A DNA stretch of 64,000 nt, taken from NCBI GenBank assembly GCA_033442325.1, contig JAWQFM010000001.1, positions 288,374 through 352,373 on the forward strand. Direction: 5' to 3'. This document shows, one piece after another, positions 1-16,831 of this stretch; position 1 is the stretch's first letter; every line of letters begins with the position of its first letter. The DNA is from Salpingoeca rosetta. Taxonomy: Eukaryota; Protista; Choanoflagellata. The translations under genes and the position numbers were made by a program. The notes under the pieces were generated by a model, which had not been told where the DNA came from, did no database searches, and saw only the letters and a program-made list of their open reading frames with translations.

Positions 1-2258
<2,258 letters not shown>

Positions 2259-2626
2259 AACCGTTGATGTCCTTGCTGCTTGCTTCTTTTTTCTTCCTTG
2301 TTGTTGAAATTCAATTTTCGCGCCAACCGGGTCGTACACGCAGACACTTGACATGACCAAGTTCAAGTGCGCACACCCACACACACACACACACCCACAC
2401 ACACCCACACACCCACTCCCCACATGCTGCACACGCGCACATGCACGTGTGGCACAGATGTACCGACGTCTCTATTGAAAATGAAACCGGGGTATCCGTG
2501 TAACAGCAAGAAGCCAGCAGCAACCGCAACAGTCATACAATGCAAACATGATGCGAAACAGAAAAGCCAGCAAGCAAGGCGCAAGCAAGCACCCACACAT
2601 GCATGTGTCGCACATCACACGGGTGC

Positions 2627-2976
2627 TCAGATGGCAGCTGGAAGCTGCGCGTCCTTCAACAGCGTGGCATTGAGGCGGCCAATCTCTTGCAGCGTCTTCA
2701 CGTACTCGACAGCGGAGAGCGCATCCCACCTGATACAAACGCAAAGTGCGTCGTGTGATGAGTGGCACACACAGGCATACCTGCAACAACCACATTAACA
2801 GTAACAAACACCAACGCAACAGCGGCGGCAGCAGCAACAAGCACAGGCAACTGACTTGATGCTGTTCTCGTCCGCATGGTAGCCGGCCTGCATCAGCTGC
2901 TGCAGTGTCGCCGTCAGCTCTTGAAACCGATTCTGTGCATCGTCCAGCTCCCTGTTCACGTGCGCGTAGGTTTGTT

Positions 2977-3038
<62 letters not shown>

Positions 3039-3808
3039 TTTTCGTGTGTGCGTGTGCGTGTGTGTGTGTGTGTGTTTGTTTGTTTTCGTGTGTGCGTGCG
3101 CGTGCGTGCGTGTGCGAGTGAGTAAGTGAGTGTGCGTGTATACGTGTGTGTAAAAATTGCGAGGATACATTCGCGACACCACCATCCTCAGCCACACAAC
3201 CCAGGTCCACTCGTGTGACATGATACTGCACACTCACCGCTGGAAATCTTGATCCAGCTTGGACTTGTTGTCATCCAACTTCTTCCTGAACGTGTCCTGC
3301 CAGCAAGGAATAACCGTACGCATTCCATCAGCGCAAGCCGATCCACATCCACGCCCAAACACTAGTCACACAGCACCAGAACAACAGAACAATAGCCACA
3401 AGCTATTGCCGCGAATTACCATGTCTTGTTGGATGAGGTGCTTGAGGACTTGCGTCTGCTGCACTGCCGCCTGCAACCAGCACGCAAGCAGAGGGAGAGC
3501 AAGCACAGTTTCGATGCTCAGATGTTAGCTACAAAGCAGACAAAGAGCAAGAAACAAGCTGGTGTACAACGGGTCATTCATTGCACATGTACACGCAACG
3601 AACATACGCGTTCCATGCGCTTCTCGTGCTCCTCTCGCATGTCCTTATCACCCTACATGCGAGTGAGTAAGTGTAAGCGAGTGAGTGAGTGAGTGGGTGG
3701 GGGCATGTGCGTGTGTGTGTGTGTGTAATCGTGAGTGGAAGCTCGCGCGTGCATGAGATAGTGCTTGCGGGCTCTCGAGGGGTTGTGGAGCATTACTACC
3801 ATCTACTC

Positions 3809-3890
<82 letters not shown>

Positions 3891-6676
3891 TACCTCCCTT
3901 CTCTCTTTCTCTTTTGCGAACTGCAGCGCAGCCCCTACCTTCTTCAGGTGGGAGTCGGAGTGGCTCCACTTCGCATGCAGCGTCTTCTTGAAGGCCTTTT
4001 CTTCCTCCGCGTGATATTTGGCCAACACCTTTGTCATCACAGCCGCCACAGAGTCCTAGTATCACAGACACACAGACACACAGACACGCAAACACAGAAA
4101 CGCACACACGCACACACGCACACACACGCACACACGCAGACAGACAGACACACACACACGGTGTGAGGACAACAGGAAGCGATGGGCATGCACAGTGTCA
4201 AAGTCGTCATCGCAATGGCCAACAGACACGATGATGCCAAGATTTCACACACACACACACAATGCATCATACGTGGTGCTTGCTGGAGAGGGCGTAGCAA
4301 CACGTCTTCAGGTGGTGCACGTGGAGATCGTGCACGCCTTGGTGGAACTCCAGCTCAAGTTGCAGCAGCTGCTTGAACCCATCCTCCAGCAGCTAACAGA
4401 GCACAGCGTAGCGAAGAGCAAACACAACGTCAGCAAGTCAATGTGGGTGCGCGGTGCGTGCCTTGTTGTACGGTTGGAAGTTGTGAATTCAATGAGGTTG
4501 AAGCCGCACAACAAGTGTCTCACATCAAGGCAATGGCGGGTGCAGGGGAGAAGGTCACGAACCTTCTTGAACTCTGGCGTTTGCTCGCCATCCTTGTTGG
4601 CCTTGCGCAAGGCCTTCAGCTGCTTGCACAACTGCTTGTGCGTCTTCTGCACGCGCGCTTTCGCGTTTCTGATATGGGAGAAAGGGGCATGGGGAACAGG
4701 GTTACACACAGGGACGCGCATCACACACAATCAAAACTGTAGAAACCACGAAGGCAGACAGGCGCAACGGCAGATAAACAAAGAAGAAGGCTACTGCCAG
4801 GAACACACCCACATACACAGAGGAAGACAGACAGACATACACACACAGGCACACACACAGAGACATGCAGAGCAGCAGCAGAAGCAATGCAATGGAGCAC
4901 TGACTTTTCAACGTCTGCGCATTTCTTCCCGCGCTCTTTCTGCCGCTTGGCGACGGCCTTCTCATATGACGCTGGATGAAGTGATGACAAAGCCGACCGC
5001 AGAATGAGGGCGCAGTCGCGGAACAATTCACGTACCAACACGCACACAGACTCCAAACGCGTTCAGCACCGCGCACATTACAACAGGCACGATTGCACAC
5101 GCGATCCTTATGATCACACAGCACACACACACACACACACGCACACGCACACACACATACATACACACACATATACATACACACACACACACACACACAC
5201 GTACGCACCTTTCAGCTGAAGGACTTGCTTGTGCTGCGCCAGCTGTGCTGTTCGCTCTTGCAACGACTTGTGCATGTCGCGAATGTGCTCAGCAAGATCC
5301 CGCTCAAACCTGAAAGCGGTAAGGGGGTGAAATATTTTTGGGTACAGTCGAGTGCGTGAGTGGTCGCACCGCTGCTGTGCGTGACTGAACAGTGAGAACG
5401 TTCCGCGATCGAAGAAAAGGAAGACAAAGGGCAAGGGACAAAGCGAGCTTTTTAAGGTGCGCGGGACGGGGTTGGAACAGAAGTGCAAACGTACGAGTCG
5501 GCGAGCTCTTGAATCCTCAGCCTTGTGGTGCTACCGCCCTCTGTTATCAACAAACAAAACGAAAGGCAGTGCAATTTGGTGCCAGGACATGAGCCGTGGT
5601 ACGGCAGCACACACAAGCACAGAGACAGCCAGACGAACGCGCAAGCAGAGACAGCCAGACGCACACACACAACCGCATGGACAGGCGTAGGCGTACGTGG
5701 CATGACGGTGGACTTTCGGAGAATGGCTGGGGACTTGTCACCGCCGTTTGTGGCGGCACTGATGCTGAGTGACCCGAGCACATCGTTGTTTTCCTCTTCC
5801 TCGCCCTCATCTGCAGCGAGAAGCTCAGACATCTCCATCAGGTTCCGCTCAGAGGGCTTGCATGCATCCTGGGCGAGGCGTGTTGGTGTGAGAGGTGTGT
5901 GCAGTGAGTGAGTGAATGAGAGAGTGTGTATGGGTGAGTGAGTGAGCAAGTGCGTGCGTAAATGAGTGCGTATGTGTGTGGATGCGAAGCCTCACGGACA
6001 GAGCGCACAGCAAAGCAAGACAGCAAGAACACCCGTGAGGATCGACTTGGTGGGATTATTAACACACGTACAAGCGGGTTGACGAGGATATCCGCAAAGT
6101 CTGCGTGCTCTGAGAGCGCAAAGATGCTGATGTCAATCTTGGTGAAGATGGACGTGAGACGTGTCACTCCGTTCTATCAGTGTCAAGCATTGGCGGTTTG
6201 CTCGTGAGCGACACAAATACAACAAAACAAGAGGTGTGAAGTAACAATAACTGAACACACAGGCATACAGACAGGAACAAAGAGGCAGAGAGACAGACAC
6301 TCGCAGACACAGACAGCCAGACAGACAGACACAGATACACACAGACACAGACACACAGACACACACAGACTTCACACGCACACACTCGCAGACAGGCAGA
6401 CACATAGACACATACACACACACCCGCAGAGGAATGTAGCGGAATCCTGAGCGGAGGGAGGTGAGGGGAATGACGTCCCAGCCAATGCAGTCGCCGTCAC
6501 GGCTGTCAAAGACAGCGAAGCGCACAAGCACGAGACTCGGCAGCACGAGGCGCTGTGCACTGATGGTGCAGAGAGATCACGAGCGAGAAGTAGGGACGGG
6601 GTTGTTTGTGGAGTCAGAGGAAAGGGTGTAAACGGCAAGCAAATACACATACACCCACAGACACAGACAGATAGAC

Positions 6677-6715
<39 letters not shown>

Positions 6716-7356
6716 TACGCACGTGAATTCGTTGTCTGCGCGCCACCGCGGGTTGAAGCCGCGACCGCGACAGGCGCGTGTCTTGAACTGCAACTTCTTG
6801 CTGTCTGCAGGAATGCCGAAGAACTGGACCTGCAGTGGTGGCGGAAGTAGAAGGACAGCGACAGCGCAGCGTGAGAGGAGCGTAAGTGACAGGTAGTGAA
6901 GAGGGAGAGAGAAATGTGTGTACGTGTGTGAGTGTGAGTGACAAACGGGTTGGGTTGTTGTACGTGTACAGCAGGACTGCTATGGAGCAGCACTGCCATT
7001 GCCTCGTGCACAGTGCCATGCAGTGAGCATGTGGCACGCGCGTTGACGCACCTCCACATATGGGCTGCCGCTCTTTCTGGCAACGCCGTAAACAGAGAGA
7101 ACCTTCACGCTGACGTTGAGGGGCACAACATCGTCGATGGGGAGCCGGTTGAACGGGTTGTACGTCTTGGACGGCTCAGTGTACAGCGCTGGCTTCAGCA
7201 GAAACCCGGTGCGAGCATTGTCCTCAAACTTGCCAAAATTCAGCTGGGGGTTGGTTGAAAGGGGTGGTGACATCGCTGCGTGAGTTTCTGTTGAGTGGGC
7301 GTGAGGGCATACGCGAGACAGAGGGCGCACATGTGTGTGCAAAGGACACCGGCAAG

Positions 7357-7434
<78 letters not shown>

Positions 7435-9913
7435 CTGCATGGGCATGTCGTTTGTTTGCCAATTGAGAGCGACGAGCTGGCAGCCAACATTCCAGAACGC
7501 CTTTCGTGTTCACGCAAATACACAACACAGCACGCACAGTGGTTCGATTAGACGCACGAACACACCACGGAAGCGGAGGCATTGCGCATGTATGTCGGTG
7601 TTCGTCTGTTGTCGTGGGTGTGTGCTTGCGTGCTGAAAGAAGAGCAACATTGGGGCAATGGCCCGCCGTTTCTTGCCTGGGGGTTGAAGTTGGTGGAGTT
7701 GATGCGGGTGCCCTGAGGATAGATGCGTGACAGCTGCATCTTGTTGTAGTCAACAAACTCCTGTTGGCCGGGAAGGCCAGGCACGCAGGCGCAAGCAGAC
7801 GGGGAGGGGATGAATAAACTGATACGTGCGCGTAGCACTTCGGGGAGCAGTGAGAAGAGGTGTCCAACAAAACAGCGTAGCACGCAGCTGGCGTATGTAT
7901 ACATGTGTCTGTGTGCATGCGTGTCTGTGTGCATGCGTGTCTGTGTGCATGCGTGTCTGTGTGCATGCGGCACTCACCTCTGGTTTACCGGTGACGAGGC
8001 GAAGCGCTTTCTTCTCGGAGAAGGACGAGATGTGGTAGCAGTTGTTGTTGGCCCGCGCCACGTCAAAGTTCTGGACGACCAGCAACACAGATGGCGGGAA
8101 GGAAATGTCCCAACACGCGCGGTGAGCCATGAAGTGCGCATGCAAGAGACACGGCAGCATCAACACACATAAACAAACAGGCACACACACACACACAAAA
8201 CAAGCAAACAACAATCAATCAAACAGGCACACACAAAAACAAACAAACAAACACACACACACACACACAAACAAACAAACAAACAAACAAACAAACAAAC
8301 AAACAAACAAACAAACAAACAAACAATCAAACAAACAATCAAACAAACAATCAAACAGACACAGACACACACACACACACACACACGGATCCACACACGG
8401 ATCCACCGGACCGCACCGAGAAGTGATATGGGGTGCAGTAGTTGACGAGGTCTGACAGCTCCTTTGCAATCTCCCCGGAGCGTTCCTTGATACGTTTGAT
8501 TTCTTCCTCGTCGTCCTCAATCACTTCGCCGTCAATGATGAGCTGGACACACCGTGCAGTGCACACATGCAAACGCGTGTGAGCAGATATGAGCGAGCAT
8601 GGTTAAGTTCAATTGAGCGCGCACGGATTGGCGTGAGCACAGGTGTGTGGACGAGGGAATGGAATGTGGGCGTGGGCCCAGTTTGTAGTCAGCACCTGAC
8701 ATCACAGCCTGCGATGTACAGGCGTGAGCGCGTACCTCGCGGTTGTACGCCTTCGCTGTCTCGGCCTCGTTGGGGTGCATGTCCGCTTCATCTGAAAAAC
8801 ACAACAGGGAATAAATCAACACACAGAACCACCCATGCGTGGACCGTGAGTGAATCAGCAGGGTTGCACGCTCTTGTGCATTTGCAAACGCAACACAACA
8901 TGTAAACAACAACAACAACAACAACTTAAACAACAACAACAACAACAAAAACAACAACTTAAACAACTTAAACAACAACAACAACAACCACAACAACAAC
9001 CACAACAACAACAATACTGACGTGAGCCGTCATCTCGCTGCTTGCGCTTCTTGTTCTTGATGATGATCTTGTACTTGAGCGCCTCGGGGCTCGGCAGCTG
9101 GTTTGGAAGTGTTTCATACCCATCGCCCTCCATAAACTCCCTGCATATATACGCACGTGTGCGTGTGCAAGTTTGCAAGAAGGCGTGAACAGGGAAGGCC
9201 AGGAAGAGGGGGAGGGGAGAGCAAGGCACAAAGGGTGGATACAAACAAGCGACAAGTTGCGTGTAGCAGTTGTTCTGAGCGCACTTTTGAAGGAGATCTC
9301 CGAAAGTTGCTTTGCAATATGCAGCCATCTTTCGCATCTGTGGAGGACTGTAGAGGAAGAGCAGGAGTGTGTGTGTTGTGTGCGTTGGCATGTGTGAGAT
9401 CAGGAATCACAGCAGCCGCTTGTGTGAGTTGCGTAGACGCCATTAAATGTGCAAATATTTGTGTGTATGTGCAGGTATTGTATACGTGTGTGTGTGAGTT
9501 GGTAGCGGACCTGCAATGGTTTTCGAAGCTGAGGATGACGGGGAAGGGGTTGTTGACAAAGGCAAAGTCAGCAATGGCCTGGATCACACCCTTGAATGGC
9601 ACGCGCGTGCACATGGTGTGGCCGTGCGTCACCTCCGGCTCGCCGTCCTGCCCGTCCCAGATGTCGACTTCAACGCACCTAACAGCGGCGTCAGGGGCGT
9701 CGGGGAGTGAGGTGTGGAGGCAAAGTGGAAGCACAGATTGCAACACACACACACACACACACCATACGCACACATCACACACACACACACACACAACACA
9801 CACAGGTACACACACACACACACCATACACGCACATCACACGCACACACACACAGGTACACACACACACACACCATACGCACACATCACACACACACACA
9901 CCATACGCACACA

Positions 9914-9965
<52 letters not shown>

Positions 9966-12410
9966 ACCATACACGCACATCACACGCACACACACACACA
10001 GGTACACACACACACACGCACAGACCTGCATCCTGCAAGGAGGCACTGGCGGTAGACTTCGAAGGTCGACTTGGACTGCCACTGCCCACCAGTGAGGTAG
10101 GTGTTGTGGGAGGAGTTGATAAAGTAGTGGGCAAGCGGGCGCGTCATGTCGTGATACACAGACGCGTGGCGTGACTCACGCGCCCAGCCATATTGCAGGT
10201 TGTCCATCAGGAAGTCGTTGAGAGCACGCAGTGAGATGACCTCATTTGCACTGCAACACGAGCACGTTGGGGTTGTTTTGCAAAGAGGGAGGAGGTTTGA
10301 AGCATGGGTTAGGTGCAAGCCGTGTATAGTTCACGAACGTGCACACGTGCGCGCAACTAACACCCAGGCAATCCTCCACGCAAGGCAAACACGAACCACC
10401 ACACATAACGTCCCACGCCACAGCAGGGCATCAACCCACTCCTCCTCCTCCTGCTCTTCCTCTGTCGCGCCCACAGACCGGTTCTCCTGGCTGGGCTCGT
10501 ATTCGTCGATAATCTCGATGCAGTCCTCGCGCGTCGGCAGCGGCGACAGCACCTCGTTCAGGCGCGGGTCGCGCTGGTCCTGGTGGTGGTGATGGTGGTA
10601 ATGGTGATGGTGGTGATGGTTGGTCGTGGCGGTAGTGCGCATATTGTATGAGGTGTAGAACACCAGGCAAACACCCAGCATGGCAAAGCAAAACGGCCAA
10701 GTACACAGATGTACTAGTGCACCGTGCAGGGACAACAGAGTGCGTGCATGCACGAGCGCTGCGTACTTGTGAGAGGAACGACTGAAGCTTCTGCAGGGGC
10801 ATGGTCGCATCAAGATCAACGGTATCACCGTCGTCGGAATCGGCGAGGTCGCACAGCGCATACTTGAGATCCTCCCGCACATACACGCGGCCAAGGAAGT
10901 CCTGAGCGAACGTGTGCGTGACGGGTGGTGGGTGATGGGTGGTGGTTGGTTGACCATGCGAGGGAGAGAGTGTATGTGTGTATGTGTGTGTGTGCGTGTG
11001 TGTGTGTGTGAAGTTGGAACAATGTGAACTGAGCGTGCGTACATCGCATCTGTGTGCGCTCGCAAAGCGTGAGCTGAAGCACGTGCATGGGGTACAACGA
11101 AACGTCGTGCACTGCACTGCACGGCACAGGTTAGCGCAGGAGACAACGATGTGGGCGCACCTGGTAGCGCTGGAAGGTGAGCTCCGCTGCATCGAAACGA
11201 CCGTCGCCATCCACGTCAACACCGTTGGCCTCCAACATCGCCATCGCCTGCTGCTTCGTGTCCTTGGACACGGAGTTCACCAGGCTGTGCATGGGGAGCA
11301 GCGGTGGGTGCATCGTGGGTGTCACGATCAAGAGTTAGTGCGTGTTTATATTCGCGTTTGTGCGTGCATGAAGAGGCATTCTGCCTGTGTGGATCTGTGC
11401 AAGGCAGTCTTGTCGTGTTGTCGTGTTGAGTCTGTGTGAGAGAGAGTGTGTGTGGTGTGGTGCGGTGTGTGTGTGTGTGTGTGTTGTATGTGTATGTATG
11501 TGTATGTGTGTGCGTGTGTGCGTGTGTCTTTGAAGATGGACAAATGGCAGGAACGGACTTACTCTGATACGGCAAGGCGGCCCTTTCGCGCCTGGGCAGC
11601 GCACTCCGCATACATCCACCGCTGTTGGTCCTGCAGGCAGCACAATCATCATCATCATTGTCACGGTGTTGGTGGTGGCACTGTTGAGGCTACGCGACAG
11701 ACATGCAGTGACACGCCATGCAGTCATACACAGGAGTCTGCTCGCGCACACATGTGCACGTGAGGGCAGAAGCATTTGTATATGGGGAAGGTGGCAGCAA
11801 ACCTTGATGGTGACGGGACGCGGTGAGTTCCAAGTGTTCTGCGACACCAAGCGATGCAGGCCAACGCGCCAGATCTTGGGATGGTGGTGGTCGTTGTCGT
11901 GGTGAGGAGTGTGATTGAACACAAGCAGGGGGGGGATGGAAGCGGGAGCGCAAAGAAGGTGTGAGGCGTGAAGACCTGCACACAAAAAGAGAGGCACAGA
12001 CACATGTACACTCACGCACACACAAACAGACAGATACAGACACAGACACAGACACAGACACAGACACAGACACAGACACAGACACACAGACACACACGCA
12101 CGCACGCACACACACAGACATAATAGACACACACACACACACCAACCTGGGCTGTCTTCTCGCTCTTGGCGATGAGGCTGAGGTAGTGGACATTGACAAG
12201 ATCACGCGTTCCCTTGTAGAAGGCGATGCACAGGAAGAGGGGCAGCTCCTCATCCTTGACCGTGCCCGTCTGCCCACAACAGAGAGCAGTATGTGCGTAC
12301 GTGAGTGTGGCTGTTGGAGGTGCGTGTCGGCATGTCCAACGGAGGTGCGCTGAGGGTCGATCGCACACACAAGCAAGGACATGCATGGACACGAACACGA
12401 ACACGCGCGA

Positions 12411-12445
<35 letters not shown>

Positions 12446-13027
12446 GGCACACACACACACACACCACAACACACCAACACACACAAACTCACAGCCTCGT
12501 CGGTGAACGGGTTGCTGCGGATGTCCGAGATCTGCTCGATTGGCAGGTACCGCTGTAAACGACGACGCATCATGTGTCAGGTATTGTGACGATCAACATG
12601 CGGGGAACGATAGGACAGATGGAGCGAGCAATGGCTGGCACATGGGGACAGTGAGGCGTCACCGTGGTTCATACACTCAGGCACACACACACACACACAC
12701 ACTCTCTCTCTCTCACACACACACACACGCACTTTTTCCTCTGTTGAGTAGTCTGTGAGAATGAGGCCGCACTCGGACTGGTCCAGTTTGATCTGGTGCT
12801 TCACGCGGTACTTGGGCGGCTTCCAGGATATGCAGGCCTGCTCGGCGTCAGCCAGCACGCAGAGGGTGGTGAGCCAGGGCAGTGCGGACCTTGTGCAACA
12901 AGCACCACACAGTGCGACGAACGGGCGGAGGCAAGGAAGGGCACGTAAAGGAGTTCAACATAGACACCCACACACAGACACACAGATACAGACACACAGA
13001 GACACACAGAGACACAGACACACAGAG

Positions 13028-13059
<32 letters not shown>

Positions 13060-13667
13060 AGACACAGACACACACACAGACACAGACACACACAGACACA
13101 GACACACATACACACACACACCCACGAATTGTAGTCCAACTGAACCTAGGCATGTAGCGAGTTGATAAACAGAGAAGAGCGGAGTGGGGGATTTCTGGTC
13201 ACCTTTGACTCTGCACTTCGGACTAGACCCTACCCGCGTCATTCCATCAAATTGGTAGCATCTGTGTTGTGGCGCATTACACAACTCTTACACATTTTCT
13301 GTCATCTCGTATTAGCAAGGGAACATGAACCCTTCCGTAGTAACTCTCCCCCTAGAGAGTCGTGACATTACGAGCGTCTAGAGGCGCTGTTTCGCACTCC
13401 TGACGAGTGGCTGTAGTCTGCACCACCAGAGACACAGACACACAGAGACACAGACACACACACACAGACACAGACACACACACACACAGACACACAGAGA
13501 CACAGACACACACACACATACACACACAGACACACACACACACACAACACCTCTTCAAAGACGAAGAAGAGGTCATCCTTCTTGATGGTGTCCACACACT
13601 CCTCTGGAGTGAGAGGGGCAGCAAAGTGTTTCGAGTGCATCTTACAGCCCCACTGCAAGTTGGACAT
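2627..13667 (-). CDS. PLCB: Phosphoinositide phospholipase C, beta-type (PH, EF-hands, X, Y, C2, C-terminal coiled coil); about 30 exons
   Basis: X box: '[24 protein letters not shown]' (~10080-10150), '[18 protein letters not shown]', '[10 protein letters not shown]' (9510-9677) and '[17 protein letters not shown]'. Y box: 'ELSDLVNYC', 'SSFSE', '[19 protein letters not shown]' and '[16 protein letters not shown]'. C2: 'FAVFD...[11 protein letters not shown]'. Beta-type hallmarks: '[11 protein letters not shown]', the proximal CTD '[12 protein letters not shown]' (~6074-6130) and helical K/E-rich exons from 5300 to 2627. ATG 13667, TGA 2627-2629. Confidence 0.93.
13398..13417 (-). other. Predicted 20-nt micro-exon of the PLC gene (TTATRQE)
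   Basis: Exon 1 ends in phase 0 (GAG|gtgttg) but the next clear exon starts in phase 2. The segment tgcag|ACTACAGCCACTCGTCAGGA|gtgcga reconciles the phases. An alternative donor 2 nt downstream in exon 1 would also work. Confidence 0.5.
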
Positions 13668-14113
13668 GCTGCGATCACACACGCACACAGCGAAGCCCAG
13701 CCAGCCCCCGCAGGCGTCGTCTGCTCAAGGTCAGCAAAGCAAGGCAACTGGAAGAGGTGTGTGAGGGTGAGGGTGGGTGTGGCAGTGTTCGTTGTGAAGT
13801 GCGTGGATGGAGGAGCGAATTTCAGCGCCGTTGTTGTTGTGCTCTCCTTTTTTTTTTTTGTTGCCTTGACCTGACATGCATGCTGCATGCAACAATCACA
13901 CACCGTGCTTGCTTGCTTGCTTGTCAGCACGTGTGTGCGTGTATTCGTCAACTATGAGATCAACGACACTCCCCGACGATGTACACCACAGACACACACA
14001 CAGACACACACACACACAGACACACAGAGTCTATTAACGTAAATTAACACTTGTTGCGCAGAAACCGCCACATCCCACGTCACATCCCGTGACAGGCACG
14101 TCATGTCAACACA

Positions 14114-14799
14114 TCACAGCGCCTGCAAGACACGTTCTGCGGTGCCGCTGGCGTCTAACAGCACAACGTGCTCGTCTAGCGCAGCCTCCTCCATCGCTAC
14201 AGCAGCGTCAACATCATCAGCAGGAGCGTGTGTTGTTGTTGTCCTCATGCCTTGCGTCGCCGCAGTCTCGTCGACGTGGTGTGATCCGTCTTGCAGGTGC
14301 CACCCGAACATGCGCGCCACAGCCTCCAGGTCGAGGTCTTGTTCGTCGTCGTTGTCCTGTGAGCGCGATGACAATGGCAGCGGCGTTATTGTGGTTCACA
14401 CAGCAGCGCATACGCTCGGTAGTAGTACATAACAAAAAGAAACACACACACACACACAGTGGGGCACGCGCATCATTGAAAGCATATAGACACACGCACA
14501 CACGCACACACACACACACACCATCATTGAAAGCATAGTCACACGCACACACACACAAGCATCAACCTGCGAGGAAGTGTCTCCATCAGCGCCAATGATG
14601 GTGTCGTAACCGGGGCGGTACTCAACACCATACACAACCGTGGACCTGTGGGTTGCGTGCACATGCAGTTAGTTGTAGCGGGCGAAAAACTGAGCTGACC
14701 AATATCCATTGAAAACCCAGTGTCACACGTGGCAAGACAGAGAACACACACACAAAACAGAGAGACAGGCGGACGCAATACGAAACCCCCACCTCCCCC

Positions 14800-14866
<67 letters not shown>

Positions 14867-15812
14867 CCCGACCAACACGCGACACAACACATGTACGTAC
14901 GTGCGGCGCTCTGGGCGTGCGAGCCGGCGTGTTCGTACCCGGCCCGTGTTTGTCATCATGACAACAGCGGCCGGGGTGGGTTCAGTGGTTGGTGGGGGCT
15001 CGTCCACCTCCTGCTCAATCTCAAACACATCCAGTGCATCCTCATCTTCGCTCAAGGCATCGCCCTCCACCACTTCCTCCTCCAATCCAGATTGCGGGTG
15101 CATAGCACCAGGGGCATCAGCATCTGTGCTGTCCTCGCTGCGGGTTGCTGCGCGTCTCTGTCGCACCGCAGCAGACGAACGAATCTGTGGTCGCCAAGGC
15201 GGTCCTGCATCGTGCTTGTCGCTGTTGTCAATTGGTGTGGTGGTGGCCATGACTGTCTCCTGGCTTGTGCTCCGCCTGTACTCTGCTCCTTCTGCTGTCC
15301 CGCGCAACACCGCTCTTCGCTCAGGTGTTGTCGCTTGCACGTGTTGGGGACGCTGCCATGGTGCCACTGGCGATGCAGTTGTCACATCACTATGGCCACC
15401 ACCACGACTGCTACCTCGGCCATCAGCACGGCTATCCACACCACCGCGACCACCGCGACCACCGCCGCTACTAATACCGTCGTCGCCTTCTTCATCGTCA
15501 TCATCGTCCTCGTCATCATCGCTATCATCGCGCACGGCTGCGTGTGTGCTCGCCTCGTCCTCCTGTATCTTGCGAACGCCGGCTGCTGTCACCCGGAAGT
15601 ACTCTTTCCTCTTCGGCCTGATCGTGGGTGACACGGAAACACAGACGGGAGGCGCGGTTGGGAATGAATGTTTGCGGGTGCGGGTGCGAGTGGGTGTGGG
15701 TGCATGCATTGCATGGGAGAGCATTTGGTGATTACAGGTTCAAGGCGCAAACGCACACAGAACGTTACCGACAAACCGCACATGCAGCGCACTCAGGCCC
15801 ATGTGCGAATGT

Positions 15813-15868
<56 letters not shown>

Positions 15869-16790
15869 ACCTGTTGATGAGGACATCGACTGAATCGATC
15901 AGGAAGGCGAAGAATACGTTGAGGATGAGGAGATATGACACGAGCAGCCACGCCATAAAATAAAGCACAGACCTGTTTGTGTGTAGGCGTGTGTGCGGCG
16001 TGAGCCAAGGTGTATATGTGTATGTGTGTATGTGTGTGTATGTGTGTGTATGTGTATGTGTGTGTATGTGTGTACATGTGCGCTTGTGGTTGTGCGTGTG
16101 TGTTTCTGTGTCGTGTGTTTGGTGGCCAGGAGGAGTAGTTTGGAGCAAGGAAGGCAATTCAAGAAGCGCTGAGGAGACGCGAACGCACCACGGCGACGTG
16201 ACTTGCATGCAGGCATCGATGAGATCTTGTATCTCTAGCTGCAGCTGCACCACCCACAGCGAGATGCACGCCTGCCCAAACCTGCCATCCAGTGCATGCG
16301 CACGTGTGACATGATAAAACAATCGATTGCCGTGAAAATACTGCAGGGTCAACACTTGATGGTGGTTCTTGATCAGATGCGTTCACAGCACGTCACAGAG
16401 GGCGTGCGCGATCCAATGTACACACCAAGCGCAAATACACGTGACCGCACACACACACACACAAACAAACACAAACACAAACACAAACGCACACACACAC
16501 AGATAAACGTCAACAGAACAGCCAACAGAACAGCAGCAAGCAGCCACGCACGTGTCAAAGTTGAAGACCTGGAGACCACCCTCTGCGTATGTGCTGTTTG
16601 CCAGTGCGGGATTGAAGCCAAGGCGGTCCTGGTACCGCAGTGGTGGTGGTGATGATGATGATGGTGGTGGTGATGATGATGATGGTGGTGGTGATGGGAC
16701 AGGCGTGAGCGATACCGTGATTCATAGCAGAGTTGAGTGGCGTGCCCAAGGGGCAGTTACATACACAAATACAATGGCTACAGGCACACA

Positions 16791-16831
<41 letters not shown>

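Noticed and set aside
13365-13428. Possible hammerhead ribozyme (CTGACGA on +, CGAAAC on -)
   Set aside because: The two core motifs are on opposite strands, and neither strand has a complete CUGANGA...GAAA...UH core.
13130-13428. Solo LTR (TG...CA termini)
   Set aside because: The flanks (CGAAT / GAGAC) do not form a target-site duplication, and the right end is better explained as a splice acceptor plus micro-exon.
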